A stretch of 64,000 nt of DNA. Source: Eledone cirrhosa (taxonomy: Eukaryota). The translations under genes were made by a program, and so were the position numbers. Below are positions 40,822 through 53,969 of this stretch, in pieces (within the stretch, counting starts at the first letter, position 1; each line of letters starts with the position of its first letter). Below the pieces are notes generated by a model. The model did not search any database, was not told where the DNA came from, and saw only the letters and a program-made list of their open reading frames with translations. Where the stretch lies: NCBI GenBank assembly GCA_964016885.1, contig OZ024740.1:216566001-216630000 (forward strand), read 5' to 3'.

Positions 40822-41091
40822 TATACACAGTTCAAGAGTAACCAATCTTATGATATATAATCATCTGATCCAGAAATATTATATGGAGTAGCGAAACAAT
40901 TGTAAACGGACATTATTATTATTATTAATATTATTATTATTATTCTCTACATTCCTTACATCAAACTAAAATATGTTGACAATCTTTTAATAATGTCTTC
41001 CTTGTGAAGTTTGTGGCCTTGTTTTGCTTAACTAATGAATATATATATATATATATATATATGTTTGTATATATATATATATATACATGTG

Positions 41092-41140
<49 letters not shown>

Positions 41141-41187
41141 GTTTGTATACATTTATATATATATATGTTTGTATACATATATATATG

Positions 41188-41226
<39 letters not shown>

Positions 41227-41297
41227 ATATATGTATGTATGTTTATATATATATGTATGTATGTTTATATATATATGTATGTATGTTTATATATATA

Positions 41298-41755
41298 TAG
41301 GCATCTCTAACAAAATACCCCCCCCCCCATCCACAGCGCCCCTTTCAATGTAAAGTTATGTTGGGGCCACAACATCCAGGCCGAAACAAATGAGATCGTG
41401 TAGGTGTCACTACAAAAAAACACACAGTCCACGCTGTAATGTGGCCGTGTAGGCAACACGGTAAAAACTTCCCAGCCCCACACTGTAAATGTGGTTGGTG
41501 TTAGGAAGGGCATCCAGCTGTAGAAAACCCGCCAGACAGTCCACGCTGTAATGTGGCCGTGTAGGCAACACGGTAAAAACCTCCCAGCCCCACACTGTAA
41601 ATGTGGTTGGTGTTAGGAAGGGCTTTCAGCTGTAGAAAACACGCCAGACAGTCCTATGCGAGCAAGACAATCACTCTTGCCTCAAGTGGGAAAACCCCCG
41701 TCCAAACCCATGCAAGCGTGGAACACGGATGTTAAACGTTGATGATGATGATGAT
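41298..41755 (+). mobile_element. RTE 3' UTR-only copy with internal ~110-bp tandem duplication
   Basis: Near-identical to 40472-40821. The segment CAGTCCACGCTG...AGAAAAC.CGCCAGA occurs twice. Confidence 0.85.
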
Positions 41756-42304
41756 ATGTATGTATGTTTGTATACATTAATATAATATATATATATATAT
41801 GTATGCATTTATATATATATATGTGTGTATGTATGTACACACGTGTGTATGTGTGTTTACATTTTTAACAGTATTTTTGTACATATAAAGTCAATAGAAA
41901 GTGAGAATGTAGTAAGAGATAAGCTGATGGCTTTGTTGACATTTAACATATCTATCCTGACACCCTAACAGGTGCCCTGATAATCTTCAATCTTACATTA
42001 ACCCTTTTATACACCATCATGCTGCTGATGATGATACAGTAAATTTGTAACCATTTCCAATACAGGATATGTATACTTACGATTGAATATATTTATATTA
42101 TATACATTGGACGGAGAGGTGTCCTCATCTTGTTTTGTTGTTAACACAACGTTTTGGCTGATGTACTCTCCAGCCTTCATTAGGTGTCCCAGGTCACTGC
42201 CTAGAATTGTACTCGGAATCTTCAAGTTAGTAGCCTGCTTTTTTAACCACTTTTCTTTTTTTTTTTTCCAAGTACAATTCTAGGCAGTAACCTGAACAAA
42301 CATT

Positions 42305-42489
42305 AATAATTGTTTCTACTTTTGGCACCAGGCCAGCAATTATCCCAGTGCATTACTGGTACTTTATTTTATCGACCCCGTAAGGATGAAAGGCAAAGTT
42401 AACCTCGGCGAGATTTGAACTCAGAGCATAAAGGGAGGTAACTCTATGCTTCAAAGAATGGCGCCCGACCCTCTACCGATACTGCCAAA
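42305..42489 (-). mobile_element. SINE family A with 13-bp target-site duplication
   Basis: Flanked by the direct repeat CAAACATTAATAA (42297-42309 and 42486-42498). Confidence 0.88.
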
Positions 42490-42495
42490 CATTAA

Positions 42496-42543
42496 TAACA
42501 CCTGATGAAGGCTGGAGAATACATCAGCCGAAACGTTGTGTTA
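42496..42543 (+). ncRNA. Minimal type I hammerhead ribozyme
   Basis: Stem I TAACAC/GTGTTA, CTGATGA(A), stem II GGCTG/CAGCC, GAAAC-GTT. Confidence 0.85.
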
Positions 42544-42769
42544 ACAACAAAACAAGATCAGGACATCTATCCGTCCACTGTATATAATGTAAATAATTCC
42601 TCGTCTCAAAAATATAGAACTGTATATATTTATCTTGATATTTTACCTTTTGATGTTATCCTAGTTTTAATTGTAAAATCTTAACCTTCTTTGTTTCGAA
42701 ATGAAAATAGCGATCTTTCATTAAATTAGGCTTCAAACTGGCAGAGTCAGTGGAGCATGGGATTACCTT

Positions 42770-42985
42770 GTTATCATCAGCATCGTTTAACATCTATTTC
42801 CCATGCTAGCATGGGTTGGACAAGTTGTCCTGTTGTGAGAAATGCCAGGTCAGGTGACCATTTCTTGCTCATACAGAACTGATTTTGCCTTGGTTTCTAC
42901 AGCTGGAAGCCCATCCTAACACCAACCACATTTACAGTGTGGACTGGGTGCTTTTTGATGTGATACCTACATGACCACTTTACAT
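42770..42985 (-). mobile_element. RTE-tail-type short repeat (family C)
   Basis: CCATGCTAGCATGGGTT...TTTCTACAGCTGGA.GCCC.TCCTAACACCAACCAC matches the RTE 3' UTR. Other copies at ~8010-8200, 45830-45970, 48520-48745, 55838-56020, 56205-56490 and 58380-58640. Confidence 0.65.
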
Positions 42986-43347
42986 GTTAATATATAGATA
43001 TATACATGTATTAATGTGTAGAGGTATACATGTTAATGTGTAAAGTATATTACCTGAGAAATTATGTTATTTAAATATTTTCACTGTAACATCAACAAGG
43101 TGGTGTCAGTTCAATTTCCATTTGGTTCTCAGTTTCTAATTTGTCAGCATAAATACATTTTATCTAAAATCTATGAAGCATATTTACAGCTCATAGTTTA
43201 TTCAACTCCATAAAAACTAACAGAATACCTTCCATTAGATGCACGCACACACACACACACACAGATACACACAATCTTTATCATCATCATCATTATCACT
43301 ATTTTACATATGCTTTTCCATGCTTACATGGTGGTTGTATGAGTGTG

Positions 43348-43397
<50 letters not shown>

Positions 43398-44165
43398 CAC
43401 ACACACATACTCTTGAGAAGGCTTGCTACACATAAGCTGAAACAGCCAGGCATCACATTCAGGTTTATACCTTCCTTTATATGTGCGTGTATATGTATAT
43501 ATTTGTGTATATATATTTATATATATATATCTATATATATATATATGTGCGTATGTGTGTGCGTGTATATATATATATATAAACAAATATATATATATAT
43601 ATATATAAACAAATATATATATATATATATATAAACAAATATATATATATATATAAACAAATATATATATATATCCCCAAGCACTTAAAATTTAAATATA
43701 GAAATAGCTTCTAATTTTTAGAGGTCTGGTAGCCTTGAGCATTACTAGCTGCTAGGTTTAGTGACTAATACTTTGAACTAGCTGAATATTGGTGCTAATG
43801 TTAGCATTAGCAATAATGCAAAGCTACAAAAATATTTCCTTTTGCTCTATAATTCATAATTCATTCTTCAAAATTATCTTTACCATTTTTAAAACAGAAT
43901 ATAGTCTTCCTACATAAGTCCTAACTTTCCTAAACCTTTTTACCTGTTATTTGATACAGAGATATGTTTTATTCCAATTAATTTAGTCTAAATATTTGTA
44001 ACCCGATGTACTTTTAGTCACAAAGTGTCTTGTTTACATTCGTGTCATGTATACATTTTATAACAGTTATTTATGATATTCTATTCTGTTTATGGTGGTG
44101 GTGATATATTAAATTTCATAATTACCTTGTTTATAATTCTCATTATTAAAAAGATAAATAACTGT

Positions 44166-44588
44166 AATAATTGTTTCTGATTTAGGCACAAGGCCAGCAA
44201 TTTCGGGCAAAAGAGAAAGTGAATTAAATTGGCCTCAGTGCATTACTGGTACTTTATTTTATCAACCCCTTAAGGATGAAAGGCAAAGCTAACCTCAGCA
44301 GGATTTGAACTCAGGTCATAAAAGACCATAACTCTATGCTGCTAAGATGTTGTCCAACACTCTACCAATACTGCCAATCCACCACCCTATAAGTAACAGT
44401 AATAATTGTTTCTACTTTAGGCACAAGGCTAGCAATTACCCAGTACATTACTGGTACTTTATTTTATCGACTCCGTAAGGATGAAAGGCAAAGTTAACCT
44501 CGGCGGGATTTGAACTCAGTTCGTAAAGGGACGTAACTGTGCTGCAAAGCATGGCGTCTGACCCTCTACCGATACTGCCAATCCACCA
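44166..44588 (-). mobile_element. Two tandem SINE family A copies (44166-44388, 44398-44588)
   Basis: Two consecutive reverse-complement full copies. Confidence 0.85.
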
Positions 44589-44914
44589 GTAATTAACCAG
44601 GGAGTCATATATGTGGTCAATTTTTTCTTTTGGGTCTGTGAAATAAGTACCAGTAATATATCCTAGTTTTAGAATCTATATATAATATTCCTATATGTTG
44701 TAAAATGTTGGCCTTAGAAAAGGTACTCAGTGACAAGACATAAGTCTTGGTCAACCCATGCACAGAAAAGCTGATGTAAAATAATGATGATGATGATATC
44801 ATCTAAACATTATCCTTGTAACCATCTAAAAGAAATGATCTTAAGGAAGATGATATCACCATGGAAGACATTGTTGATGTTGGGATTTGTACCACCATCA
44901 TCATTGTCATCGCC

Positions 44915-45272
44915 ATGATGATGATGATCATCATTTTTATGCCTGTTTTTCCATGCATGCAGGGTTGGATGTGTTCTTTTCAGCTCATCATCTCTCCACA
45001 TGTTGCGATCCTTCGTCATCTCCACGGTGCATTGCAGAGATTTGAGATCAGCTCTCACCACCTCTGCCCAGGTCATCCTTGGACTTCCACTCCTGCAGCT
45101 TTCTTCCACTGAGATTTCTTGGAACTTCTTCACCCAGTAATCACCCTCCATCACATGTCCATACCAATGCAGTCTTCTCACTTGCACACTACTTCTGATT
45201 CCTCTTATACACAATTTTTCTCTCAGTTCATCCAAACTCTGTTTTTCTCTTACATTAACATTGTACATCCAT
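44915..45272 (-). mobile_element. RTE-clade LINE 3' fragment
   Basis: ORF 44810-45268 reads RRLHWYGHV...G.PR.TW.EVVRADL...DR..WR, with a (GAT)n tail. Confidence 0.85.
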
Positions 45273-45389
45273 GAATAGCTAACTAAAATATTGGGTTACA
45301 GAGAAATGTGCATTTTAGAGTGTGTGGCGTGGGGGTGGGGGTGTCAAGTTATATTCTTGTGTTAACTGTTCTTTTATCTTTTATTTATC

Positions 45390-45439
<50 letters not shown>

Positions 45440-45440
<1 letters not shown>

Positions 45441-45808
45441 GTGGATTGGCAGTATCGGTAGAGAGTGGGATGCCATGCTTTGATGCATAGAGTTACGGCC
45501 CTTGCCATTCTGAGTTCAAAGCCTGCCGAGGTTAACTTTGCCTTTCATCCTTACGGGGTCGATAAAATAAAGTACCAGTAATACTAGCCTTGTAGAAACA
45601 ATTATTATTATTATTAGTATTATTATTTTTGTGGCATATAGTTACGTCCTTTTATGTTTTGAGTTCAAATCCTGCTGAGGTTAGCTTTACCTTTCATCCT
45701 TACAGGGTCAATAAAATAAAGTACCAGTAATGTACTGGGGTCAATTTAATCAAATTTGCATTTCCTAAAAAAATTGCTGACCTTGTGCCTAAATCAAACC
45801 ATTATTAT
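45440..45808 (+). mobile_element. Two tandem SINE family A copies
   Basis: Copies at 45440-45603 and ~45630-45808, separated by (ATT)n. Confidence 0.8.
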
Positions 45809-46665
45809 TTACTGTGAAATATTTAACATATTAGCTGTAGAAACCAAGCCAAAATCAGTTCTGTATAAGCAAGACCTGGTCACCTGACCTGGCTTTGCTC
45901 ATAACAGGACAACTCGTCTAACCCATGCCAACATGGAAAAATGGATATTAAACGGTGATGATGATGATGATAGCTGTGATGAAATATATTTGGAAGAAGA
46001 GATGATATTTTAACAGAGCAACAGATTCAGGAGTAAAATGAAGTTTTTGTAGTCAATTAAACATATTAGATACATCAACTAAAGATGTTTGTATATTCAG
46101 TTATTTATCACTAAAGGTTTCTACCTTGAGAAACTCTCATTGGCTGATATTCAGTTTTTCTCAGCCAATTCAATCTTAAATCACAATGTTTTCCAGTTAG
46201 GAAATTACCAGTGGTAACTAGTCATTGCTGGTTTTCTTCTAGTTTCTAGTTCTTCTCCTTATCTAACATGTTCCCTATCTAACAAGAACCTCTTCCAATA
46301 TCAATAGAAATAGCTATGTCTACCATCATCTATCTTTTCATTGCAAACTAAACACATATTTTGGGGGAATTTAATAGGTGGCTTTTATTTTGGTGAGATT
46401 GAGTCTGTCAATTGTCTTCTGCTTTCCTGGAAGGGAAATTTAAATAACCAAATAAATAAATATTTAGTGAGTTCATAAAACAGAAGTATTTAAAGTTGTT
46501 GAATAAGAAATTATAAAAATGAGAATTACAAGAAATGTTGTGGTAAATATTTAGTCTTTTCAAGTAAGAATTTCATTTGTATAATTGGATAATGTATGAG
46601 GGGGAAATGTGTTTGATAATAAAATTACTTGAGGGAGTTCAATAAGATGAAAAGTAAGAGGTGTG

Positions 46666-46727
<62 letters not shown>

Positions 46728-47387
46728 GGGGGTGGAGGGAATGGGAGGAAAAGATAGAAGGGAAAGAATGGACTGGAAAATAATTCTATAATATTATGAG
46801 AGAGAGGGAGACAGAGATGGGAAGATATTGGAACAGTAAAAAGAATTGTTTGATAATTAAATTGAGAGAAAAAGATGGCAGACCAGAATAGGGGAGATAG
46901 GATGAGTGAAGATTTGACAGGTGTAAAGATAATCTGGGAATATATTGTGTGTGTGGTTGAATACATTAGTGTTTAAGCAGATGTAAATGCAAGTTAGGTG
47001 TGTAGACAAAGGTTAAAACAAATAAAGGAGTATGAAATTTTAATGATGAGGATACTGTGGATGGTGAGGGAAAGAAAGTGTCTGGGAGAAAGAGACAGAT
47101 TGAGATTTTTTTTCCGAAACTTAATATTTCATTCATAAATTTATCTATGGAATCACCTTGTATAAAATATCTGTAGGTAAAGGTGACTGAAATCTAAAGA
47201 CACCTAATGTTGATAAAGACACTGAGTGTGAGAAATTACTGCTATCAAACTAACATCTAGAATTTCATTTTGGCTAAGTGAATCAGCAATAATTTTTCAA
47301 CTAACTTGATCTTCTAGATTCTAAAAAATATCAATAATGATTAGTTAGCAAACATCTATAAATATAAATAACATAGATTGAAGAACC

Positions 47388-47440
<53 letters not shown>

Positions 47441-48426
47441 CAACAGAGATCTTCTGCTAATGATGGTCAAGTAGTCATTATTGGCAAATGGCTTTGTTCA
47501 TAGAGGGAAATTATGCTGGATGAAAATAGCCTTCATTAATGTTGTTAGAATAACAGTCTCAGGAAATAGTTCTTTAAGATTAGAGGAATTATTAGCTGTA
47601 TCATTCATGTATGCGTGTCTGTTTACACTCATAGACTCAGACAGAGAAAGAGAGAGAGAGAGGATATTCTTATATAATGATGTCCTTATGTAATATTAGA
47701 AATATGATTTAGAAAGTTACAGGTAAATTAAATGCATGTGTGTGTGTGTGTAGATGGTATGGTATGGACCTGTAACTCTGAGGGAGTCATAGAGGCACTG
47801 TAATGACATAACAGCATTTCTAGAACAATGTCTAAACCTAGTGGAGTCCATCTCTCCTCCAACTCTGAATGAAGTAGATTTCATCCAGAGAAAGATAATG
47901 AGTGAGAGAATAGAAGTGAGAAAAAGATATAGAGGAAAAATCGCCCGCCCCCTGTATTAGACTGGTACTTTTTTTTATTGACCTCGAGTGGATAAAAGGC
48001 AAAGATGACTTTGGTTTAAACCTTGGGTTTTACCTTCTGCAGCAAGAAAGAGACATTGGCCTGTCTAATTTCAGCTATTATGTAACTGAGGACAAATCAC
48101 TTTAGGTTCATTTGAGTTTACTGTATGTTCTAAATAGTTATAATCAACTTGTCTTTCTGTGATCAAGAAAATGAGGAGTTGCTGATCACTGATCAGTTAG
48201 TTATAAATACTGAAACTTATCAGATCAATCTCTTTTTTTAAGCCACAAAGAAGAAATTTTAATCTCACAGCAAGACCAGAAATATGTTTTTCTATAAACA
48301 CTTGCTTGTAAATCAACCTCCCATCTCTTTATATCTGTATTTATCCTAAAACTGTTTAAATGCTTCTATTAATATATGTATACATATGTATGTGTGCAGA
48401 TATATACATATACATATGTGTATATG

Positions 48427-48457
<31 letters not shown>

Positions 48458-48894
48458 ATATCAAAATGTGCTCAGTGCTCAGCCCACACTGGAAAGTGGA
48501 AGTGCTAGTGTCATAAAATTGCACCCGGCTCACTCTGTAAAGTACTGTGGCTATCAGAAAACAAACCTGGTACACACTGCACAGTGGTTAGCATTAAGAA
48601 AGCCATCCATCTGTAGAAACCATGTAAAAATGGGACACATGATCAAGACAGTTGTCTGACCTGCCACTCTAGCCTCAGAATAGGACAATTCATGTAACTC
48701 ATGCAAGCATATAAAATAGACATAAAACAACAACGATGATGACATGTGTATATGTTTTAAAACCTGACAGAGCCCATCTCCTCTCCAGGTCTGAAGAATA
48801 TTTGTAGGAATAGCTGTCAAAATTTAACCAAGAGTCACATACATTTTAATAACTTTTCTTTAATAGAAATATTTGACCCATTAACATAAGTGAA

Positions 48895-49131
48895 TTAACC
48901 CTTTTTATAAACAACTGCCTGAAACCATCCCTAGTTCTACAATACAAAATTGTTTGCTTAAAATATTTATATTTATCTAAAAACTTTCCTTTTTTATTTT
49001 ATGTAAGAATCTTTTTTAAATTATGATCCAAACAGTAGCTTAATAATGAGAAAGTTAGTTATATTAACTAAATTCCTCCACTAAATTATAGTCAATGTTT
49101 TTCATAAGAAATATGGTAATGAAAGAGTTAA
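48895..49131. mobile_element. TTAA-flanked (piggyBac-like) MITE
   Basis: TTAACCCTTT...AAAGAGTTAA ends. Paralogue of 15644-15896. Confidence 0.65.
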
Positions 49132-49380
49132 TGCTATTATTATTATTATTATTATTATTATTTGTTGTTATAATTATAAGACGGCGGTAACTACGGCGGA
49201 GTAAGTTAGTTTAATTTTTATGAGTTATTGAAAGTTCTAATAATATTTTTTTACATCGGTGTGTAGTTAAAGGACCCCTCTGTCAAAGGAGGTGGTTTTT
49301 TTAAACTGTATCTTGCGCCCTTGAGGGCTAAATTTGTTTTTATTTACAATCATAACCCCAAAATTTTGTTTTAAAAAAAC

Positions 49381-50694
49381 ATGGCGGACAAAGAAAATTG
49401 TCCACAGGGAGGAACAGCGAGTTGTTCGGAGGGTGGGACAGCCATTTCCACCCAATCACAAGGCAAAGTAAAAAACAAGAGAAACAGCAGCAGCAGCGAC
49501 AATGACAGTGGTAGTGACAACAGCAGCAGCAGCCACTGGAACTGTAGTAGCAGTAGTAGAAATTATAACGAAAAGTTTCCTGCATTACAAAAATCAAACA
49601 CAACCACCCAATAACAACAATAACAACAGCAACAGCCATAAAGAACCCAAAGAACAACAACTATAACAGCAGCAACACAGAGGAAAAAAAAACCAAAAAA
49701 AACACCAACGACGGCAACAAAGACAAAACTAGTGACGAGTCAACACAAATCAAAACAAACACATCTTTCGCTAAAGTGACAAACAATTTTGAACAAATAC
49801 ACATCACTAACGAAGAGATAAAACAAGCAAAGGTCTTGGTTAAAAAACCGGACACAGGGTAAGTCTCACCCGCCCAGCTGAGATAATAAGAAACAAGCTT
49901 TTGTGTTTGGTCAGTTATCACACGATCGGATCAAAATCACGGCGAGTTGAACAGGCAATGGAGTCACAGGTACAAAGAGCTATGGACACCGTCTAGGCAC
50001 AGAAAACATATATAGCCAGGGGATCGAGATATGGCACTGTGGATGTGCTCTTCGCTACACCAGAAGAAGCCAGAGCACACTCCATCGCGCCACTCCGCAG
50101 TGACGAAATCATAATGATGACCCACATACTGCGGCCAGAGAGTCGTGAGGGTTCAAGTAGGCCAGGTTCCGCCCTCAGTGGAGATGGCGTGGTTGACAGC
50201 AGCTGTCCTCGCTGACGTTGAAGATTCAACAACCATACTCAACAGCATGCGAATAAGACAGGAAAATTGGACAGGGTCGGGGATGGAGCTAATCATCCAA
50301 GCAAACCACGAAAGCGTTAAGGCCATCCCTGATGTAATAGACCTGGATGACGGCAGCCATCTACCCATGACTGTCGAAGGTAGGCGCCCAAGGTGTCATG
50401 GATGCGGTGACAAGACATTCTGCCCCAAACTTACCAAAACAGGCACGCGCCCACCCTTTCTCCCCACGCCGCAACTGGAGCAGACAAACAAACAAAGAAC
50501 AGTGGCAGAAGAGTGGCAGAAGAGAAATCACCATCCCCAACAACAAAAACACCATCTCTTCCACCACCCACAGAACCAATGGTAAGCATACCCCTTCCTG
50601 ATATAGCCAAATCGGACAAGGAGTGCGATGAGGCCAAAGAGTGGAGGACTATTCCAACAGAAAAAAAGGAAGAACCCCCCCCCCCCCCCCCAAA
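49381..50694 (+). pseudogene. Tx1-type ORF1 (gag-like), disrupted
   Basis: Starts MADKENCP, with a low-complexity N-terminus, SFAKV motif, degenerate zinc knuckle RPRCHGCG and Pro-rich end. Several stops and frameshifts. Confidence 0.65.
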
Positions 50695-50894
50695 NNNNNN
50701 NNNNNNNNNNNNNNNNNNNNNNNNNNNNNNNNNNNNNNNNNNNNNNNNNNNNNNNNNNNNNNNNNNNNNNNNNNNNNNNNNNNNNNNNNNNNNNNNNNNN
50801 NNNNNNNNNNNNNNNNNNNNNNNNNNNNNNNNNNNNNNNNNNNNNNNNNNNNNNNNNNNNNNNNNNNNNNNNNNNNNNNNNNNNNNNNNNNNNN
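50695..50894. other. Assembly gap (200 N)
   Basis: Run of N hiding the ORF1/ORF2 junction and the endonuclease N-terminus. Confidence 1.
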
Positions 50895-53746
50895 GATTGT
50901 GTGGATTAGCGGATAGGGGTGGAGGGTGTAAAAGCCTCACAAACTTACTCAAGCATTTTCAACTGTCGGACATGTACCGATTGGATTTCCCAAATGTGCC
51001 AATGTGGACTTGGACAAACCGCATCGGGTCATCCAGATCATATCTAGATAGAGTATTTTGTAGGGAAATAGATAGGTCTAGCATAGGCTGTCCACAATTC
51101 AAGATAGTCAGCTACACAGACCACAAATTCGTGATCTGTGTGGTTGACTTAGATAGGCTTCATAGACGGGAACCCGGCTACTGGAAGCTAAACGCGTCAT
51201 TAACAGCGCACAAGGCCTACAGAGACCGGATTAACGAACTAGTTAAGCGGCCGTTGACGGGGGCTATCGTCAACAACAAATGGTGGTTTGCTCTGAAAAA
51301 AGCGATTAGAATAGAGTCCATTAGGTTTAGCAATAGAGAAAAATAGAGCAGAGGGAGAACTAATTAGAAAATTAGACGAGGTGCTTAACAAAGGCATCGC
51401 GACTGACGTACTTGTGGTGAAATTGGCTCTTGACCAATTCTTCAATGCAAAGTACGAAGGCTGCATTGTCAGAGCTATGGTGCGTGCTCTCAGACACAAG
51501 GGGACGAAAGCTGTTGAATGGGCTCAAGTGGTGGAGGCACGACGTGACAACAAAGCCACGATCCGGTCTTTGGTGAACCACGACGGGCGCATGCTACTCG
51601 ATCCCGGGCAAATGTGTGAAGCTTTTCAGCGACATTTCGCTCAGCTGTTCGGGGGCAGCGGTGAGCCGGATTGAGGGATGGACTTTAATGCCTACCTTGA
51701 CGGACTGCCGTGGCTCTCGGCCACTGAGGCCGAGTGTTGCAAAAAGCCGATAACAGCCGCTGAAGTACGGGAGGCAATGACTGGCTGCACAAGGGGTAAA
51801 TCGCCTGGTTTGGGTGATCTGCCCTATGAACTTTATGTACAGATGCCAGACTTGTTCGGAAGCCTCTTGGCGGACGTCTACTGCAACTGGCAACAGAACT
51901 GGATAATTCCCAGCTCTGTGAGCCGAGGAGCGGTGGCGCTGCTGAGAAAGGATTCGAACAAGGAGGATAGCATAGATAATTTCAGGCCCATAACTCTGCT
52001 AAACACAGAGTTCAAGATTTTGGCCAAGGTGCTAGCAAAGAGGTTGGCACTTGTCGTTGGTGGTCTGGTGGGATAGGCGCAGACATGTGCCATTCCAAAC
52101 AGAACCATCCACGACAACCTCCACCTTATGCGATACATCGTGGAGAGGGTAGCTAGGGAACCTGGCACGGGTCCTTGATCAATTTAAATCAGTCGAAAGC
52201 TTTCGATAGGGTCGACCATCGTTACCTAGCGGCAGTCCTGAGGGCGGCTGGCTTTGGACTCGTCTTCAGAGGCTGGATCGTTGCCATGCACAGCGACATC
52301 TGCTCTGTGGTGAGAGTGAATGGTCACCTTTCGGAACCTTTCAACATCATGCGCTCGGTCCGCATATGCGGACGATGTCACAGTAGTGGTGTCGAACGCC
52401 AAACACATTGAGGCGATTGGCACTACACTAAGAGAATATGAAGCGGTGACAGGAACAATGATCAACCAGGGAAAGTCGGTGGGCCTGCAACTCGGCACCT
52501 GGAGAGGCAGGTCCATGCCACCCAACAGCGCCGTAGGGCGCTGGACGGACGGACTGGTTAAATTGCTAGGGGGTCTGGTTCAGTCCGGACCTCCAGACGG
52601 ACAAAAACTGGGACGAGGTGACGAGCAGGGTGGCTTCTCTCACTCAGAAATGGGCAGAGAGGAAGCTATCCCTGAAAGATCGAGCGGAGGTGGCGAATGC
52701 GTACATCGCGTCCGTCATCTACTACCGCCTGACTGTTGTACCTTGTCCTAAGCCTTGCCTGACTGCACTGGAGCGTTTGCTCTTTCGCTTTTTGTGGAAG
52801 GGACGCGATCCGATGGTCAGGCGGTCCATCTGCTTTCAACACCCGCTACGTGGAGGGCTGGGCATGCCGTGGCTGATGATGCGCAGACACGCGCTCAGGC
52901 TATGAGTGTGGTCGCCGTTTGTTAGACGCGTCTTTCCCCAGCTCGTCTCCTTGACGGAGCTGCAGTCCTGGGTCAAGTGGAGATTGGAATGTCTTCAGGC
53001 GCTCACTGCCCTTGATCAGTCGGGCAATGTGATCGGTGGAAACTCGGTGGAAACTCCACACCTTGGCGTTCTAGGATTAGTGGAGGGGAAGACCGACGAC
53101 ATACTTGGGGAAACTCTAAGCGTCGATGAAAATCAACTAGCCAATCTCTTCGGAAGAACTTTCAGGTCAGGGCCTATGGACAATTTTCAGAAATCCCTGG
53201 CCTGGCAGTGCTACCGAGGAGCTTTGCCAGTTCGGGATAAACTCTACAGGCATGGAAGTGGCGTCAGCAGGGCATGTCCGAGATGCGCGCAGGGCGACGA
53301 AATTGTCCTGCATGCACTCGTCCAGTGTCCGAGCATTGCCAACTTGTGGGTTTATGTCGAACACCTGCTGTCACATGTAGAACGGATCCGGTTATCAGCT
53401 GAGTCCTTCGTGAGGACTCAGCTGATTGCCCCACCCTCTTCCTTTAGCCGGGAAGGGCAGGCAGTTTTTTATCTGTCTGGTGGCCATGGCGAAAGAGATA
53501 GTATGGTGGACGCGTCTGAAAGGGCTGAAGACGAGCACTTACTTCTTCGGTGATGCCCTGATTAACTTTTTCAAATTTCATTTGAAAAGGAAAATCAGGG
53601 TAGAGAGGGAGGTGCTTTCTTCCCAGCATTTTGTTGAAAGATGGGTGAGAGAAGCAAGTATGGCCCGAGTATGTGTCTGTAAATTAAAGGTGGAAAACTG
53701 GGAGAGGGCACTTGCCCTGGTGGTCAGGGTCACTGTGGCCTTTTAA
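50895..53746 (+). pseudogene. Tx1/L1 ORF2 (APE endonuclease, reverse transcriptase, CCHC), disrupted
   Basis: Endonuclease: WTWTN..SYLDRVF..TDH..GYWKLN. RT: KSPG, NFRPITLLNTEFKILAK, KAFDRVDH, AYADDV. Zinc finger: CPRC...HALVQC. Multiple stops and frameshifts. Confidence 0.9.
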
Positions 53747-53935
53747 TGGGCTTTCTCCGCAAATGTCCCTCGGAAGTCTCCCCCCTATTGGGGAATTTTT
53801 CATTGTTATTTTTTTGTTACATCCTCTGTTTTTGTTTTTTTTTACATGCAGAAATGCCCATTTGTACCGTCCTGTATTGTTCTGTACTGTCCTTAATGTC
53901 CACTTTATGTAAACCCTTGTGGTTAATAAAGAAAG

Positions 53936-53969
<34 letters not shown>

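Larger units (their letters stand above)
42091..42594. mobile_element. Fold-back element (inverted Penelope pLTR-like arms) with a nested SINE
   Basis: 42091-42220 is the inverted complement of 42267-42295 plus 42498-42594. Each arm contains a hammerhead motif. Confidence 0.7.
49178..53937 (+). mobile_element. Near full-length decayed L1/Tx1-clade non-LTR retrotransposon
   Basis: GC/CpG-rich block with a 5' UTR, ORF1, ORF2 (APE endonuclease, RT, CCHC finger) and a T-rich 3' UTR ending in AATAAA. (ATT)n lies on both flanks. Confidence 0.9.

Noticed and set aside
50431-51346. ORFs spanning the N run
   Set aside because: Frame continuity across an arbitrary 200-N gap is meaningless.
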